DNA of 64,000 nt from Bacteroidota bacterium (GTDB lineage Bacteria > Bacteroidota > Ignavibacteria > Kapaibacteriales > UBA2268): contig SCSM01000010.1 in the NCBI GenBank assembly GCA_004322215.1, positions 5,001-69,000 on the forward strand, in the 5' to 3' direction. Below the pieces are notes generated by a model. It made no database searches. It was not told the DNA's origin and worked only from the letters and a program-made list of their open reading frames with translations. The translations under genes and the position numbers were made by a program. Shown here piece by piece: positions 29,147 through 40,200 of this stretch. Numbering within the stretch: the first letter of the stretch is position 1; the number at the start of each line of letters is the position of its first letter.

Positions 29147-30037
29147 TTATCTTTCATTATCGCTTTCCGGTTCAGTATGTATGTGAACATTGCATTTTCT
29201 TAACTTCGATTTAATCTTATCTTCAACCAAATGGGATATTTCATGTGCCCTCTCGATTGAAATGGATGAGTCAACGTGTATGTTCATTTCAACAAATGTA
29301 TTTGAGCCCGAAGTCCTGAGCTTTATATTATGATAATGAGTAACTTCAGGAATCTGGGAAACAATATCGGCAATTTTAAGCTTCATTTCGATGGGAGAAC
29401 GGTCGAGCAAAGCATCAATTGACTTTTTTCCTAATCGTATCGAAATCCAGATTACAATTAATGCAACTACCAGTGCAGCTATTGAATCAGCAATATGATA
29501 ATCATAATATGCACTTACCAATCCGATTAATACGACAAAAGAGCTGAGAATATCTGTCGAAAAATGAAGTGCATCTGCCTCGAGTGCCTGACTGTTGTAT
29601 TTTTTTGCAGTTCTATTTAATGCACGTGACCTTGTGATATCAATAATGATTGAAACGATTATTACTGCAAAGCTCCAGAAAGTAACATCAATATGGGTTT
29701 TGCCGGAAGATAACCGTTCATATCCTTCGTAAATTATCCATATACATGTAAAAAATAAAAGGAGTGTTTCTCCGAGTGCAGACAGATTCTCTACTTTGCC
29801 GTGACCGAATTGATGTTCATCATCTGCCGGCTTATCGGCTATTTTAACTGCAAAAAAAGTCATGCCGGCTGCCACCAAATCCAGTCCCGAATGTAATGCC
29901 TCAGAAAGTATTCCAAGACTACCCGTTAATAATCCAACGACAAGCTTCATCCCGGTTAACAAAATTGCTGCAAATACAGACGTTAACGCAACAAATCTTT
30001 TTTCCCGGGTTTCCTTATTACCCGAATAATTCATCAA
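29147..30037 (-). CDS. Cation diffusion facilitator (CDF) family metal efflux transporter
   Basis: The ORF has six TM helices and the motifs HSGLDLVAAG....DDEHQFGHGKVENLSAL. A C-terminal cytoplasmic domain follows. Confidence 0.85.
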   Translation of the reverse strand: MMNYSGNKETREKRFVALTSVFAAILLTGMKLVVGLLTGSLGILSEALHSGLDLVAAGMTFFAVKIADKPADDEHQFGHGKVENLSALGETLLLFFTCIWIIYEGYERLSSGKTHIDVTFWSFAVIIVSIIIDITRSRALNRTAKKYNSQALEADALHFSTDILSSFVVLIGLVSAYYDYHIADSIAALVVALIVIWISIRLGKKSIDALLDRSPIEMKLKIADIVSQIPEVTHYHNIKLRTSGSNTFVEMNIHVDSSISIERAHEISHLVEDKIKSKLRKCNVHIHTEPESDNER

Positions 30038-30133
30038 TTATTTTACAAATAAAAAACACTTTGAAAATGGAAAAAAGTTCAAATATTTCCTGATTTTCAA
30101 AGCATGACCAACAATTTTCTTCAAATATAGTTA

Positions 30134-31681
30134 TTATTTTACTTTTTCACAGATTGATTTCCCTTGCAGGAATAATAATAAATAATCACGGCTTCCTGCT
30201 TTAGAATCCGTTCCACTCATATTAAATCCTCCAAAAGGATGGACATCAACTACAGCCCCTGTGCATTTCCTGTTGAAGTATAAGTTTCCTACATGGAATT
30301 CTCTTCTGGCTCTCTCTAACTTTTGCCTGTCCTTTGAATAAACGCTTCCTGTCAAACCATAAATAGTATTATTGGCAATCTTCAAGCCGTCATCAAAGTT
30401 CTTCGATTTGATTACTGCGAGCACAGGACCGAATATTTCTTCCTGTGCGAGCCGTGCATTTGGCTTTATATCAATAAATACTGTCGGTTCGATAAAGTAA
30501 CCGGGTAAATCTTTCAATTTATTTCCACCGATAAGAAGCTTACCTTCTTTCTTTCCGATTTCTATATATTGCATAACCTTTTGTTCAGAACTAGAATTAA
30601 CAACAGGACCTGCATAAACATTTTCTTCAGGACTTCCGATTTTCAGCTTTGACACTGCTTCTTTCAGCTTCTTTACAAATGGTCCATAAACTTTAATATC
30701 AACGACAACCCTGGAACAGGCAGAACATTTCTGCCCCTGGAAACCGAAAGCAGACGCAACAGTCCCTGCTACTGCCGAATCAATGTCTGCCTCTGAATCA
30801 ACGACGATGGTATCCTTGCCACCCATTTCTGCAACTACTCTCTTAATCCAGATTTGTCCTTCGCTTGCTTTAGCAGCAACCTCGTTGATATGTAAACCGA
30901 CTTCCATAGAACCTGTGAATGAAATAAACCGAATCTTGGGATGCTGTACCAGATAATCGCCGGCTTCGGCTCCGCTTGCAATAAAATAATTCAGAACGCC
31001 TTTTGGTAATCCGGCTTCATGCATGATTTCCTGGTATAGCCACGCCATCATCGGCGAATCGGATGAAGGTTTTAATATGATTGTATTTCCCGATACTATA
31101 GCTGCAGAGCTGATTCCAACCATAATTGCAAAGGGGAAATTCCATGGCGGGACACATAGACCTACACCAAGCGGAATATATGTATATTGATTCTTTTCTC
31201 CCGGGTATGGTGTCAATGGTTGTTCCTGTGCATATCTCAGTGCTTCGCGTGCATAAAATTCCATGAAATCAATCGCCTCGCATGTATCGGCATCTGCTTC
31301 TGCAAAGTTTTTACCGACTTCTTTTATCATCCACGCATTTATTTCCAATCTTCTTTTCTTCGCAATCTGTGCCGCTTTCAATAATATATTTGCCCTCTCT
31401 TTTGCCGGAGCATATTTCCATGTCTCGAATGACTTGAGTGCTGTTTGTAATGCCTGTTCTGCCTGTTCGCGTCCCGATTTCTGGAATATACCGACTTTTT
31501 CGTTTGTATTAGCCGGATTAATGGAAATTGTTTTCTTTTCGGAAAATACTTTCTTTCCTCCAATAATATTGGGATATTCCTTTCCCAACTTCCTGTTGAC
31601 TATTTTTAATGATTCTTTTTGTTTCTTAACATTTTCTTCTTTTGTAAAATCCAATGGCTTTTCATTTGCAAACTGTTTCAT
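30134..31681 (-). CDS. pruA: L-glutamate gamma-semialdehyde (1-pyrroline-5-carboxylate) dehydrogenase
   Basis: This is a 515-aa aldehyde dehydrogenase. The catalytic Cys context is FGFQGQKCSACSR and the EMGGKD motif is present. The size and ends resemble RocA/PruA group 2. Confidence 0.8.
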   Translation of the reverse strand: MKQFANEKPLDFTKEENVKKQKESLKIVNRKLGKEYPNIIGGKKVFSEKKTISINPANTNEKVGIFQKSGREQAEQALQTALKSFETWKYAPAKERANILLKAAQIAKKRRLEINAWMIKEVGKNFAEADADTCEAIDFMEFYAREALRYAQEQPLTPYPGEKNQYTYIPLGVGLCVPPWNFPFAIMVGISSAAIVSGNTIILKPSSDSPMMAWLYQEIMHEAGLPKGVLNYFIASGAEAGDYLVQHPKIRFISFTGSMEVGLHINEVAAKASEGQIWIKRVVAEMGGKDTIVVDSEADIDSAVAGTVASAFGFQGQKCSACSRVVVDIKVYGPFVKKLKEAVSKLKIGSPEENVYAGPVVNSSSEQKVMQYIEIGKKEGKLLIGGNKLKDLPGYFIEPTVFIDIKPNARLAQEEIFGPVLAVIKSKNFDDGLKIANNTIYGLTGSVYSKDRQKLERARREFHVGNLYFNRKCTGAVVDVHPFGGFNMSGTDSKAGSRDYLLLFLQGKSICEKVK

Positions 31682-31839
31682 AACTTTTCCTTTTTATTTA
31701 TATTATTTTCAATATCGTAAAAATTTAAACAGCAAAATTATAAATGCTTTTCAGTTTTTACAATTAATTATGGTTAATAAACAAAAAAATGCCGGATACC
31801 CGAAAGTACCCGGCATATAATTAAATAATTGTTTGTCAA

Positions 31840-34800
31840 TTACTTGACAATATTCAATAATCCTGTTTTAACATTATTACCTGACCTTAAGGTATAGTAA
31901 TAAGCACCACTTACAAGTTTATTGGTATTGAATACGACAACATGATTGCCTGAAGCAACCGAGTTGTTATCCAGGATTCTTGCTACTGTATGTCCGGTAA
32001 CATCTGTGAGTTCAAGTGATACATCGTTCAGGTCATGTTTCGCAATGAACTGGAATGTAACATTATTCGATGTCGGGTTAGGATAACAGTTTACAATTAC
32101 AAAATCGACATTTTGATTGTCATGGTCATCCAAATCCACCACTGATGTTACAAGCTGGAATGTTCCTTCTGTCATTTTCTCACCACTGTTGTTATAAGTA
32201 ATGAAGTCAATATTGACAGTACCTGTACCCCTCAAACTGATAAAAATCGGTTTAACCGATTCGCCTGGTAAAATCGCAGATACCTCGGCACTTGCCGGAA
32301 CCTGCGGAAGTAATTGGCTATTGCCTCCCTGAATACTATACGCACTCAATATTATCTGCTGCGGGTCTATGACTGGACCAACTGCAAGTAAATCTGCACC
32401 TGATGGAGTCTTGAGCTCAATACTTCTTATTCCTTCGTCATAAGAATTCGCGTTAGTTAAATTAAGAGCGTATGTATATACATTCTGCAGATTAGCCGTG
32501 TTGTCCAAAGCCATCTGGTCACCGCCCCCGCCTTCAACTCTTGAATTTATATTATGGAGTTCAATGTCGAATGTATCGAGTGGCAAATCATTATATACGC
32601 ACTTAATAACTAATTCATTATAGAACAATCCCTTTTCAAGTGCATTATCATAGCCGAGAGTAATGTCAGTTTGACCTCCTGCAGTGATATTGACTCTTAA
32701 TTTAGCAGTCGAATCCTCGATAACAGCATCATTGCCTGATGTATTATCATGCATTGAAGCTATCAACACTGGCAATTGAGGAGTCAGTTCAACATTTGTG
32801 TAAGTCATCGCATCTACTCCGTTCGTAGTGTTCGAAATATGAAGTGTACCTGTCTGGTAATCTGTCATAGTGATATATACGTCATTCTCTGCAGTTTGTC
32901 CTTGTATTTTATTATCTTTCCTTCCCTTCTCCGCTTCGCCGTGAGTCAGATTATCCGAATAATACTTCCTGTCAATGACATACTCGACAAGTTTATCGCA
33001 AGTACAGCAGTTTGTATCAGTGAATTCATACCTTACTAAGAATTTCAACCTGTCTCCGGTTCTGCTCGTTACAGGCGGAAATTCAATCAATACTTCCATA
33101 TTCGCTCCATTCAGGATAACACTCGACAACACATGCCGGTAATCACCCCAAATGACTTCCCTGCTGTAGAATGGCTCAGACCTGAAAGTTCCGAACACAC
33201 CCTGCAAACCGTTCCACGGAGTTGTACCTGGTCCACCCAGAGGACAAGGAATAATAGAGCCGGAAGGCACCCAATATGGATGGAATGCTTTAGCACCAAG
33301 AATATCGCTATATGAATGATATGCAATTGACGATGTCGGAGTCTGTATCTGAGCACTGACTATTGTCGCGGCTGCACGGATAATCGGACCCGGCAATGCT
33401 GTCAATGAATTCTGAAGCCAAATATACCTTCCCTGTCTGATTGGCAATTGCCTGATGTTTTTCTGCCTGATATCTATGGAATCAAATTTATCGCAGCAAT
33501 TCTTGCAATTTATTATCTGTTCGAATTTACATACGACATTTCCGTTTTGGTCGAGGAATGTAATAATCACCGGGAAGCTCGTTACTCCGTCTTTCAGTTC
33601 AAAGCAAAGCTTGAAGGGCCCGTGATTACCTGCCGTCAACATTCCCGGTGGAGTCGGAACATTCCAGGAAACTCCGTTCGATGGTGGAGGTGGATTAGGC
33701 CCTATCCAGTTCGATGGGCCAACAGCACCCACAATTGTAGCAGCCGGTGAATCAAAATGAACACTGTTAATGTTCGGGAAATTCGCCGTCGCTGTGAACA
33801 TAAATGACTGGCAACATTCTCCTTTTATCTGGTCATTCGGTGTTGGTTTATATGGAACTGAATTCAATTTGAGGTTTTCACAGGTACCATTTCCTTCACC
33901 GCATTTTACATCAACTGTATCACTACAAATTATCTTACCTTCCCTGTCCGTCATCGTTACTATCATCTGAAATGAAAATACATTTGCAGGCAAGTCAAAG
34001 CATAACCTGAAGTACTCATGTATTCCTGCAGGAATTCCATGAACACCTGAAAGTAAACCGGGAGTCAAATATCTAACTCCATTCGGCGGATTTGGTGTTG
34101 ATGAGCCCCATCCCGGAGGAGTACCCGGTGTAGATGCAAATGTAATATGCACACCCGGATTTACAGGCATAAAGTTCAGATAGAACACTCCCGGGAAATC
34201 GGTGTGAGCATAAAGTTTAAATGCATAACAGCAATCACCGAGATTGTTTGCAGTTGTCGCGGGTGTATTCACCTGCAGTCTTTCGCCGGTAATTTCAAAC
34301 TCGCAATCCTTCTTTTCACAATTCATCAGTAATGTATCTTTGCATATAATTTCCCCGTTTGCACCTGTAAACTGCACTTCGACAGGGAATGAAGTCACAC
34401 CTGCGGGCAAATAGAAGCACAACCTGAAATACTTATGAACGCCATTCGGTAAATTTGCACCTGCTGTTCCAGGAGTATGGAATTTAGCACCGTTCGGCGA
34501 AACAGGAACACCGGGCCCCCACCCTGAAGGTGAATATGCAGGAAGAGCAGAAGCGATTGTTACCCCTGGATTTATCGGAATAAAATTAACCCATGCAACG
34601 CCGGGAATCGCATTCTTTACAATCAAAGCAATCTTATAGCAGCAATCACCCTTCAGATTTTTATTATCAACCGGAATTTTTTCAGTGTACCATTCTACAT
34701 CGCATTTAACTGCTTCGCAAACAATTGGGACAGTGTCAATGCAAATCTCTTTTCCATCTCTGTTAGTGTAAGCAATCTCAACCGGGAGTGAATTAACGCC

Positions 34801-36726
34801 TGCCGGCATATCAAAGCATAACCTGAAATGAGCATGTGTTCCTTGATGAAGGAACCCTGCCGGAGCCATAAAGCTGACCTCTAGTCCCGGAGGAGTCGGC
34901 GATGCGCTTCCCCATCCCGATGGGCTTGATGGCGGCTGTGCCGAAGCAATAGGTATTGATGAAATTAAAGATTTAAACCTTACATAAAATACATCCGGCA
35001 TGTCCATACCTGCATTCAGTTTGAATTGATAGCAGCAATTACCCTGGTCATTTGCTCCCGGAGTTACTTTTTCATAATCCATTTTCAATGTATCGCAGCC
35101 ACTTGAAGTCTGGCATTTTATATCGATTGTATCAGTACAGACAGTTGCTCCTGCTGCATCGAGATAAACAATTTCCAATTTGAACTCACCCTGATTACCC
35201 TGGATATCGTAACAGATTCTGAATGAATCATGGACTCCGGAATGTAAATACCCTCCCGGTGGTATAAACGCAACAGATTGCCCCGGAGGAGCCGGTGGTG
35301 CCAGCGACCAGCCAGTAGGACTCGATGGTGGTAGTGCCGATGATATCTGAACTGCTGCACTCAAAGATACGAATTTGATATATTGTATCGTTGGGAAATC
35401 AATGCTTGTTGTCAATCTGAATTGGTAACAGCAATCTCCTTCATTTGGTGTCGGCTCTACTATTTCACGCTCCATATTCAAGCTGTCACATCTGTCAATT
35501 ACCTGGCATTCTATCAGTACTGTATCCAGGCAAATAACATTATTATTAGCTCCAAGATATTTAACAATAAGTTCAAATGAAGACACACCCGCAGGTAAAT
35601 TGAAACATAATTTGAATAATTCATGTGCTCCTGACGGCAAACCGGGACCTGCCCCGATTATACCTGGTGTGGCAAACTTGATTCCGTTCGGTGGGTCGCT
35701 GGTTCCTGCACCCCATCCCGAAGGTGAAGTTGGTCTTAATGCAGTTCCAATTGTAACAGCGTTATTGACCGGAGTAAAGGATACATGTGTTAATCCGGGA
35801 TAATTCCTGTCTGCCTGAAGTTTGATATTATAACAACAATCTCCCTGGTCATTATTATTTTTTGTAGTCTTTTCGGGATATAAATGCAATCCTGCACAAA
35901 TATCGCAGGTTAACGGAACCGTATCACTGCAAATGATACCTCCATCCCTGTTCGTGTATGTGATTTCCATCGGGAATGTTGTAACACCTGCCGGCATAAA
36001 TACACATAACTTAAAGTATTGATGAGTTTCAGGAGTTATGCCTGCAGCAGGCGTCTGGAATTGTGCACCATTGCCAAATGCGGTTGCGGTTCCCCATCCT
36101 GATGGTGTTGTTGGTGATAATTTTGTACCAACGCTGACACCTGGATTTAATGGCTTGAACCTGACATAAAAAATTGTTGATTGTGGAAATGCGGTTTTAG
36201 CTAATAAAGAGAAATTATAGCAGCAATCTCCCTGGTCATTCGGTGTCGGGTCTGAATTTGCCACTGTCATCACAAGATTATCGCAGCATATTCCGTAATT
36301 CGGTCGTTCAACCATGGTGGTACATACAACCTGTTTGTTGCTCAATGCCCTGAAAGTAAGAACAGGTCCTCCCTGTAAATCACCGGATAAGCAGAAATGG
36401 AACGTTCCTTTGGTTGAATTATTAGGGATAGGAGTACCTCCGGAAAAAGTAAGCATTGTAACATTCGGATTGTATGATGTCGGACTGAATGTCCAGCTTT
36501 CCGAATGTGCTGTTCCGGATACATCGCCCCAGCTAAAATAAAAGCTACCGCCACTTACTAATACCTGAATCTCATCGACCGGAGAGCCGGTGTTATTAGT
36601 AAATGTAAATTGGTAGCAGTTGCCGCATTCATTTGTTAAATTAGCGGTACATTGTTGTTGTGATAATGCCGAATTTACACAAACTGCAAGCAACATTGCA
36701 ATTAGTAAATAAAAGATTTTTTTCAT
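31840..36726 (-). CDS. Giant T9SS cargo protein built from tandem cysteine-rich repeats (unassigned domain)
   Basis: The ORF is 1628 aa with a signal peptide (MKKIFYLLIAMLLAVCVNSALSQ). It has eight ~128-aa repeats, then a ~470-aa unique region, then a Por-type C-terminal tail (last 83 aa, 31843-32091: CYPNPTSNNVTFQF...YYYTLRSGNNVKTGLLNIVK). An AAGGAG RBS precedes the ATG. Confidence 0.65.
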   Translation of the reverse strand: MKKIFYLLIAMLLAVCVNSALSQQQCTANLTNECGNCYQFTFTNNTGSPVDEIQVLVSGGSFYFSWGDVSGTAHSESWTFSPTSYNPNVTMLTFSGGTPIPNNSTKGTFHFCLSGDLQGGPVLTFRALSNKQVVCTTMVERPNYGICCDNLVMTVANSDPTPNDQGDCCYNFSLLAKTAFPQSTIFYVRFKPLNPGVSVGTKLSPTTPSGWGTATAFGNGAQFQTPAAGITPETHQYFKLCVFMPAGVTTFPMEITYTNRDGGIICSDTVPLTCDICAGLHLYPEKTTKNNNDQGDCCYNIKLQADRNYPGLTHVSFTPVNNAVTIGTALRPTSPSGWGAGTSDPPNGIKFATPGIIGAGPGLPSGAHELFKLCFNLPAGVSSFELIVKYLGANNNVICLDTVLIECQVIDRCDSLNMEREIVEPTPNEGDCCYQFRLTTSIDFPTIQYIKFVSLSAAVQISSALPPSSPTGWSLAPPAPPGQSVAFIPPGGYLHSGVHDSFRICYDIQGNQGEFKLEIVYLDAAGATVCTDTIDIKCQTSSGCDTLKMDYEKVTPGANDQGNCCYQFKLNAGMDMPDVFYVRFKSLISSIPIASAQPPSSPSGWGSASPTPPGLEVSFMAPAGFLHQGTHAHFRLCFDMPAGVNSLPVEIAYTNRDGKEICIDTVPIVCEAVKCDVEWYTEKIPVDNKNLKGDCCYKIALIVKNAIPGVAWVNFIPINPGVTIASALPAYSPSGWGPGVPVSPNGAKFHTPGTAGANLPNGVHKYFRLCFYLPAGVTSFPVEVQFTGANGEIICKDTLLMNCEKKDCEFEITGERLQVNTPATTANNLGDCCYAFKLYAHTDFPGVFYLNFMPVNPGVHITFASTPGTPPGWGSSTPNPPNGVRYLTPGLLSGVHGIPAGIHEYFRLCFDLPANVFSFQMIVTMTDREGKIICSDTVDVKCGEGNGTCENLKLNSVPYKPTPNDQIKGECCQSFMFTATANFPNINSVHFDSPAATIVGAVGPSNWIGPNPPPPSNGVSWNVPTPPGMLTAGNHGPFKLCFELKDGVTSFPVIITFLDQNGNVVCKFEQIINCKNCCDKFDSIDIRQKNIRQLPIRQGRYIWLQNSLTALPGPIIRAAATIVSAQIQTPTSSIAYHSYSDILGAKAFHPYWVPSGSIIPCPLGGPGTTPWNGLQGVFGTFRSEPFYSREVIWGDYRHVLSSVILNGANMEVLIEFPPVTSRTGDRLKFLVRYEFTDTNCCTCDKLVEYVIDRKYYSDNLTHGEAEKGRKDNKIQGQTAENDVYITMTDYQTGTLHISNTTNGVDAMTYTNVELTPQLPVLIASMHDNTSGNDAVIEDSTAKLRVNITAGGQTDITLGYDNALEKGLFYNELVIKCVYNDLPLDTFDIELHNINSRVEGGGGDQMALDNTANLQNVYTYALNLTNANSYDEGIRSIELKTPSGADLLAVGPVIDPQQIILSAYSIQGGNSQLLPQVPASAEVSAILPGESVKPIFISLRGTGTVNIDFITYNNSGEKMTEGTFQLVTSVVDLDDHDNQNVDFVIVNCYPNPTSNNVTFQFIAKHDLNDVSLELTDVTGHTVARILDNNSVASGNHVVVFNTNKLVSGAYYYTLRSGNNVKTGLLNIVK
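33505..36651 (-). repeat. Protein-level tandem array: 8 x ~126-135-aa six-Cys repeats (residues ~26-1074)
   Basis: The recurring pattern is C...(G/N)(D/E)CCY.F.L...SP(S/T)GWG...PPNG...H..F(K/R)(L/I)C(F/Y)..PAGV.SF...(I/V)C.DT(V/I/L).(I/V/L/M).C. It appears in residues 147-274, 277-407, 413-538, 544-670, 675-803, 808-942 and 949-1074, with a degenerate copy at 26-135. The DNA copies are diverged, with no long exact nucleotide repeats. Confidence 0.7.
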
Positions 36727-37285
36727 ATGATATGGCTCCTTGGATATTTATTAAACAGTATTGGAATTGTCTCAATAGATTTGATAAAATAATATAAATA
36801 AGTACGGTTTATTCCGACTATTATATTCCCGTTTGAATCGATATTCATTTTTTAAAGTTTATACCTGAATTTATGGAAATAGTTAATATTTTCTAATCTC
36901 AACTTCAATCCACTGAAAAACTTGTTTATTAGTAAACAAAATAATCGCCTACCTGATATAAACATTATTAAGATTCCCCCATCTTTTTTGAATTTATGAG
37001 GAATAACCACCTGCGAAAAATAATTGATTGATTTATATTATCAATTAATTTTCAATAATAATCTTATTATGATATAACCTTGAGTAAATATAACGATTTT
37101 TTTTAATAACAAGAAAAAATATATTTATACGATTATAAATATTATGGAATTATTTTTGCTATAATGTATTTACAAAAATTTTGACCAGTGTTTGCTTTTT
37201 TTAAAAAAAAAATGAAAAATATGTTAAAAAATTTCATAAATTATCAAATTATAATAATTTTAACCCAAATAAAGAGGGTTGTATT

Positions 37286-40200
37286 ATGAAAAAATTAATA
37301 CCGTTTATTTTTTTATGTATTGTCGGTTTTATTTCAATTGAAACCGCAGTATATTCTCAGGGTACTCCTTTTCCTCCGATATTTCAAAATATTACACTCG
37401 AAGGGGCAGGTTCTTATACTCAATTTAAGTTTGACTGGTCAATGCACCCTTCCGATACATCCAGAATCACCAAATTTAAAATTTATAAGGCAAATATCTT
37501 TACGAACAATTATGTTCTATTAACTTATTGGCAAACTGTCAACAGGTATGGTACCGATACGGCATGGACAGTAAACGTCAATCCGTTATTTGTAAATAAT
37601 TACACATTTTACATTACTTCAATTAGGAAAGAAGGTGTTATTGAAATTGAAAGCATGCATTCAAATTTATTACAGGCAAGATTCAAGCAGGGACACGTTG
37701 ATGTAGTATTCACAACATTACCTCCTTCAATCGGCTCTGTCGGTTCATTATATCAATATAATGCAAATGCTTATTCACCAGATCCTGCTACTATAAATTA
37801 TGTATTAAAAAATGGTCCCCAGGCAATGTTAGTGGAATCATTAACAGGACTTGTAACATGGTTGCCGGTTAATACAGGAAGGTATAATATAAGATTGAAT
37901 GCTTTCCTTAATTTTAATCCTATCGGTATTGCTGAAAAGGGAGACAAAGATGGCACTCTATCGAAAAATATTCTGATTGATACTTCAAATTGTGAGGTTG
38001 ACCAGAACTGGCTTCTTCTTGTAAAATCCTGTAACGAGCCAACATATTTTTCTGGCTCTGTTACAGATGAAAATGGTGATACAATGAGAAATGGAATTGT
38101 AACTGCTTACAGTGTAAATAATCTCGATATTGACAGTGTATATTATGGAATTATCGGAAATGACGGGCATTATTCGGTTGAAGTGCTTGAAGGTGCATAT
38201 AAACTATCAGCCGAAGGGGGTTCTTTTCAGAAAGAGTGGAATCATAATAAAGCTACATTCAATGAAGCGGATTCAACTATTGCCAACTGTGGCAGAACAA
38301 TGACTTTGAATTGGACAGTAACGAGAAACGCTCCCGATACAATTACATTTGCGTATGAACCCATTACAGATGAATTAGTTGGGAATGAATATATTTATAA
38401 TGGTGTTGCAATGTCCAGCAGCGGTAGAGAATTGAGATATTCTCTGAGTACTGCTCCACAGGGAATGATTATTGACCCATTAACCGGCTTAGTACATTGG
38501 ACACCCTCTGCAATCGGCAGATACTATGTTTCTATAAAAGCATACCTTCTTGATGATTCTCTGAATTCCTACGCTTTTAAAAACTTTTACATAAAAGTAC
38601 GTTCCTGCATAAATGGCACTTTCATAAAAGGTAATGTTTTAGATACAGCAGGAAATGCAATTAATCAGGGAAATATTTCCGTTCATAGCGATAGTGGGAT
38701 TGATTCAGCCGGTGTTTATTTTGGAACATTAAATCCTGATGGCACCTATTTTATTAATATTGATGAAGGAAATAGTAAAATATATTTAGAGGGTGAATCC
38801 ATATTCAGCCAATGGTATGACAATAAATTAACTCAGGATAGTGCTTACTCTGTGGCTTGCCCATGCGGCGATACTACCGAAGTTAATCTTCTGGCTTACA
38901 GAATTCCTCCGCTGACTCTTTCAATCACATCGACTCCTTCTAACTCAACAGTTGTAGGAAGCATTTATAATTATAATCCTGTTGTTACAGGTAATAATGA
39001 AAGGGAATTAAGATATATTTTAATCAACAGTCCTTCTGATATGACCATCAATCCGCAGAAGGGTGAAATTAATTGGTCTCCTTCAATTGTCGGTGGTTAT
39101 AAAGTAACACTGAAAGCATATTTATATACTGATTCGGCAAACTCTTTTGTTATTCAGGAATGGTGGCTAAAAGTCAGGTCTTGTACGAACAACACTTACA
39201 TTAGCGGAATCGTAAAAGATGATAAAAATAATCTCATACCTAATGGTACGGTTAAGATAATTGATGAGACAGGTATTGATTCATTAGGATATTACATTGG
39301 TTATATCAAAGAAGGTGCTTACCGCGTTTTAGTTGATGAAGGCAAATGTAAGGTGTATGTCGAAGGTCCGACTTTTAAAAGCCAATGGTATGAGAATGCA
39401 GATTCTGAGAATAATGCTTTAGTAATAACTGTACCTTGCGGTACTAATACAAGTGCGGATTTCACAGTCAATTTATTTAAAGATTATACGGTCAGCGGCA
39501 AAGTTACAGATGAATCAACAGGAAATCCGATAGAAAATGCAAGTTTATATTTTAAAAGTTCCGATACGATGGACAGTACTACAACTAACCAATCAGGTGA
39601 TTATTCAATCAGGTTGAATGAACAAAACAGTTATATTGCCTGGGCTAAGGTCCCTCAAAATCCATTATATATTACACAGTATTACAATCTGACTGGCAAT
39701 ATAACTGAGGCAACTCCTGTCGAATTTTCAGGCAATATCGGCAATATCAATTTTGCACTGAAAATGGCTCCTGTTGCAGATAACAGGATGTTCGGCGAAG
39801 TGAGAAGCGAAAACGGAGAGCCGGTGAAATCTATTGTGTTAAATTTTACTGTGTTCCCGCGGGACACGAGTATCGCTTCGATGTTCGATGCCAGAACATA
39901 TATCACAGGGATTGACGGCACTTTCGAATTCCCAGATTTAGCCGAAGGTGATTACTTATTACTTGCAATTCCAATTCCTGATGGGAATGTTCCCGGATAT
40001 TTTAAAAAGGATACACTTGCTGTTCACTCATGGCTCGACGCATCAGTAATCAAAATTATATCGGGAGAAGCCAGTGGACCCCATACAATAACACTCCCTT
40101 ATATCTACCCGACATCAGGAAGTGGTAAGATTTCAGGCATTGTAACAGGTGACCAACTTCCTGCATTTTTAAAGAATGATGACAGTCCTCTTGCAAAGGA

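Noticed and set aside
31263-31820. 185-aa track ORF antisense to pruA, and similar shadow ORFs (2635-2991, 6448-6783, 12859-13203, 13390-13677, 18926-19285, 51023-51391, 54012-54389, 59960-60325 and others)
   Set aside because: Each lies within, or in another frame of, a gene with strong family motifs. Their translations are low-complexity or hydrophobic noise typical of AT-rich antisense frames.
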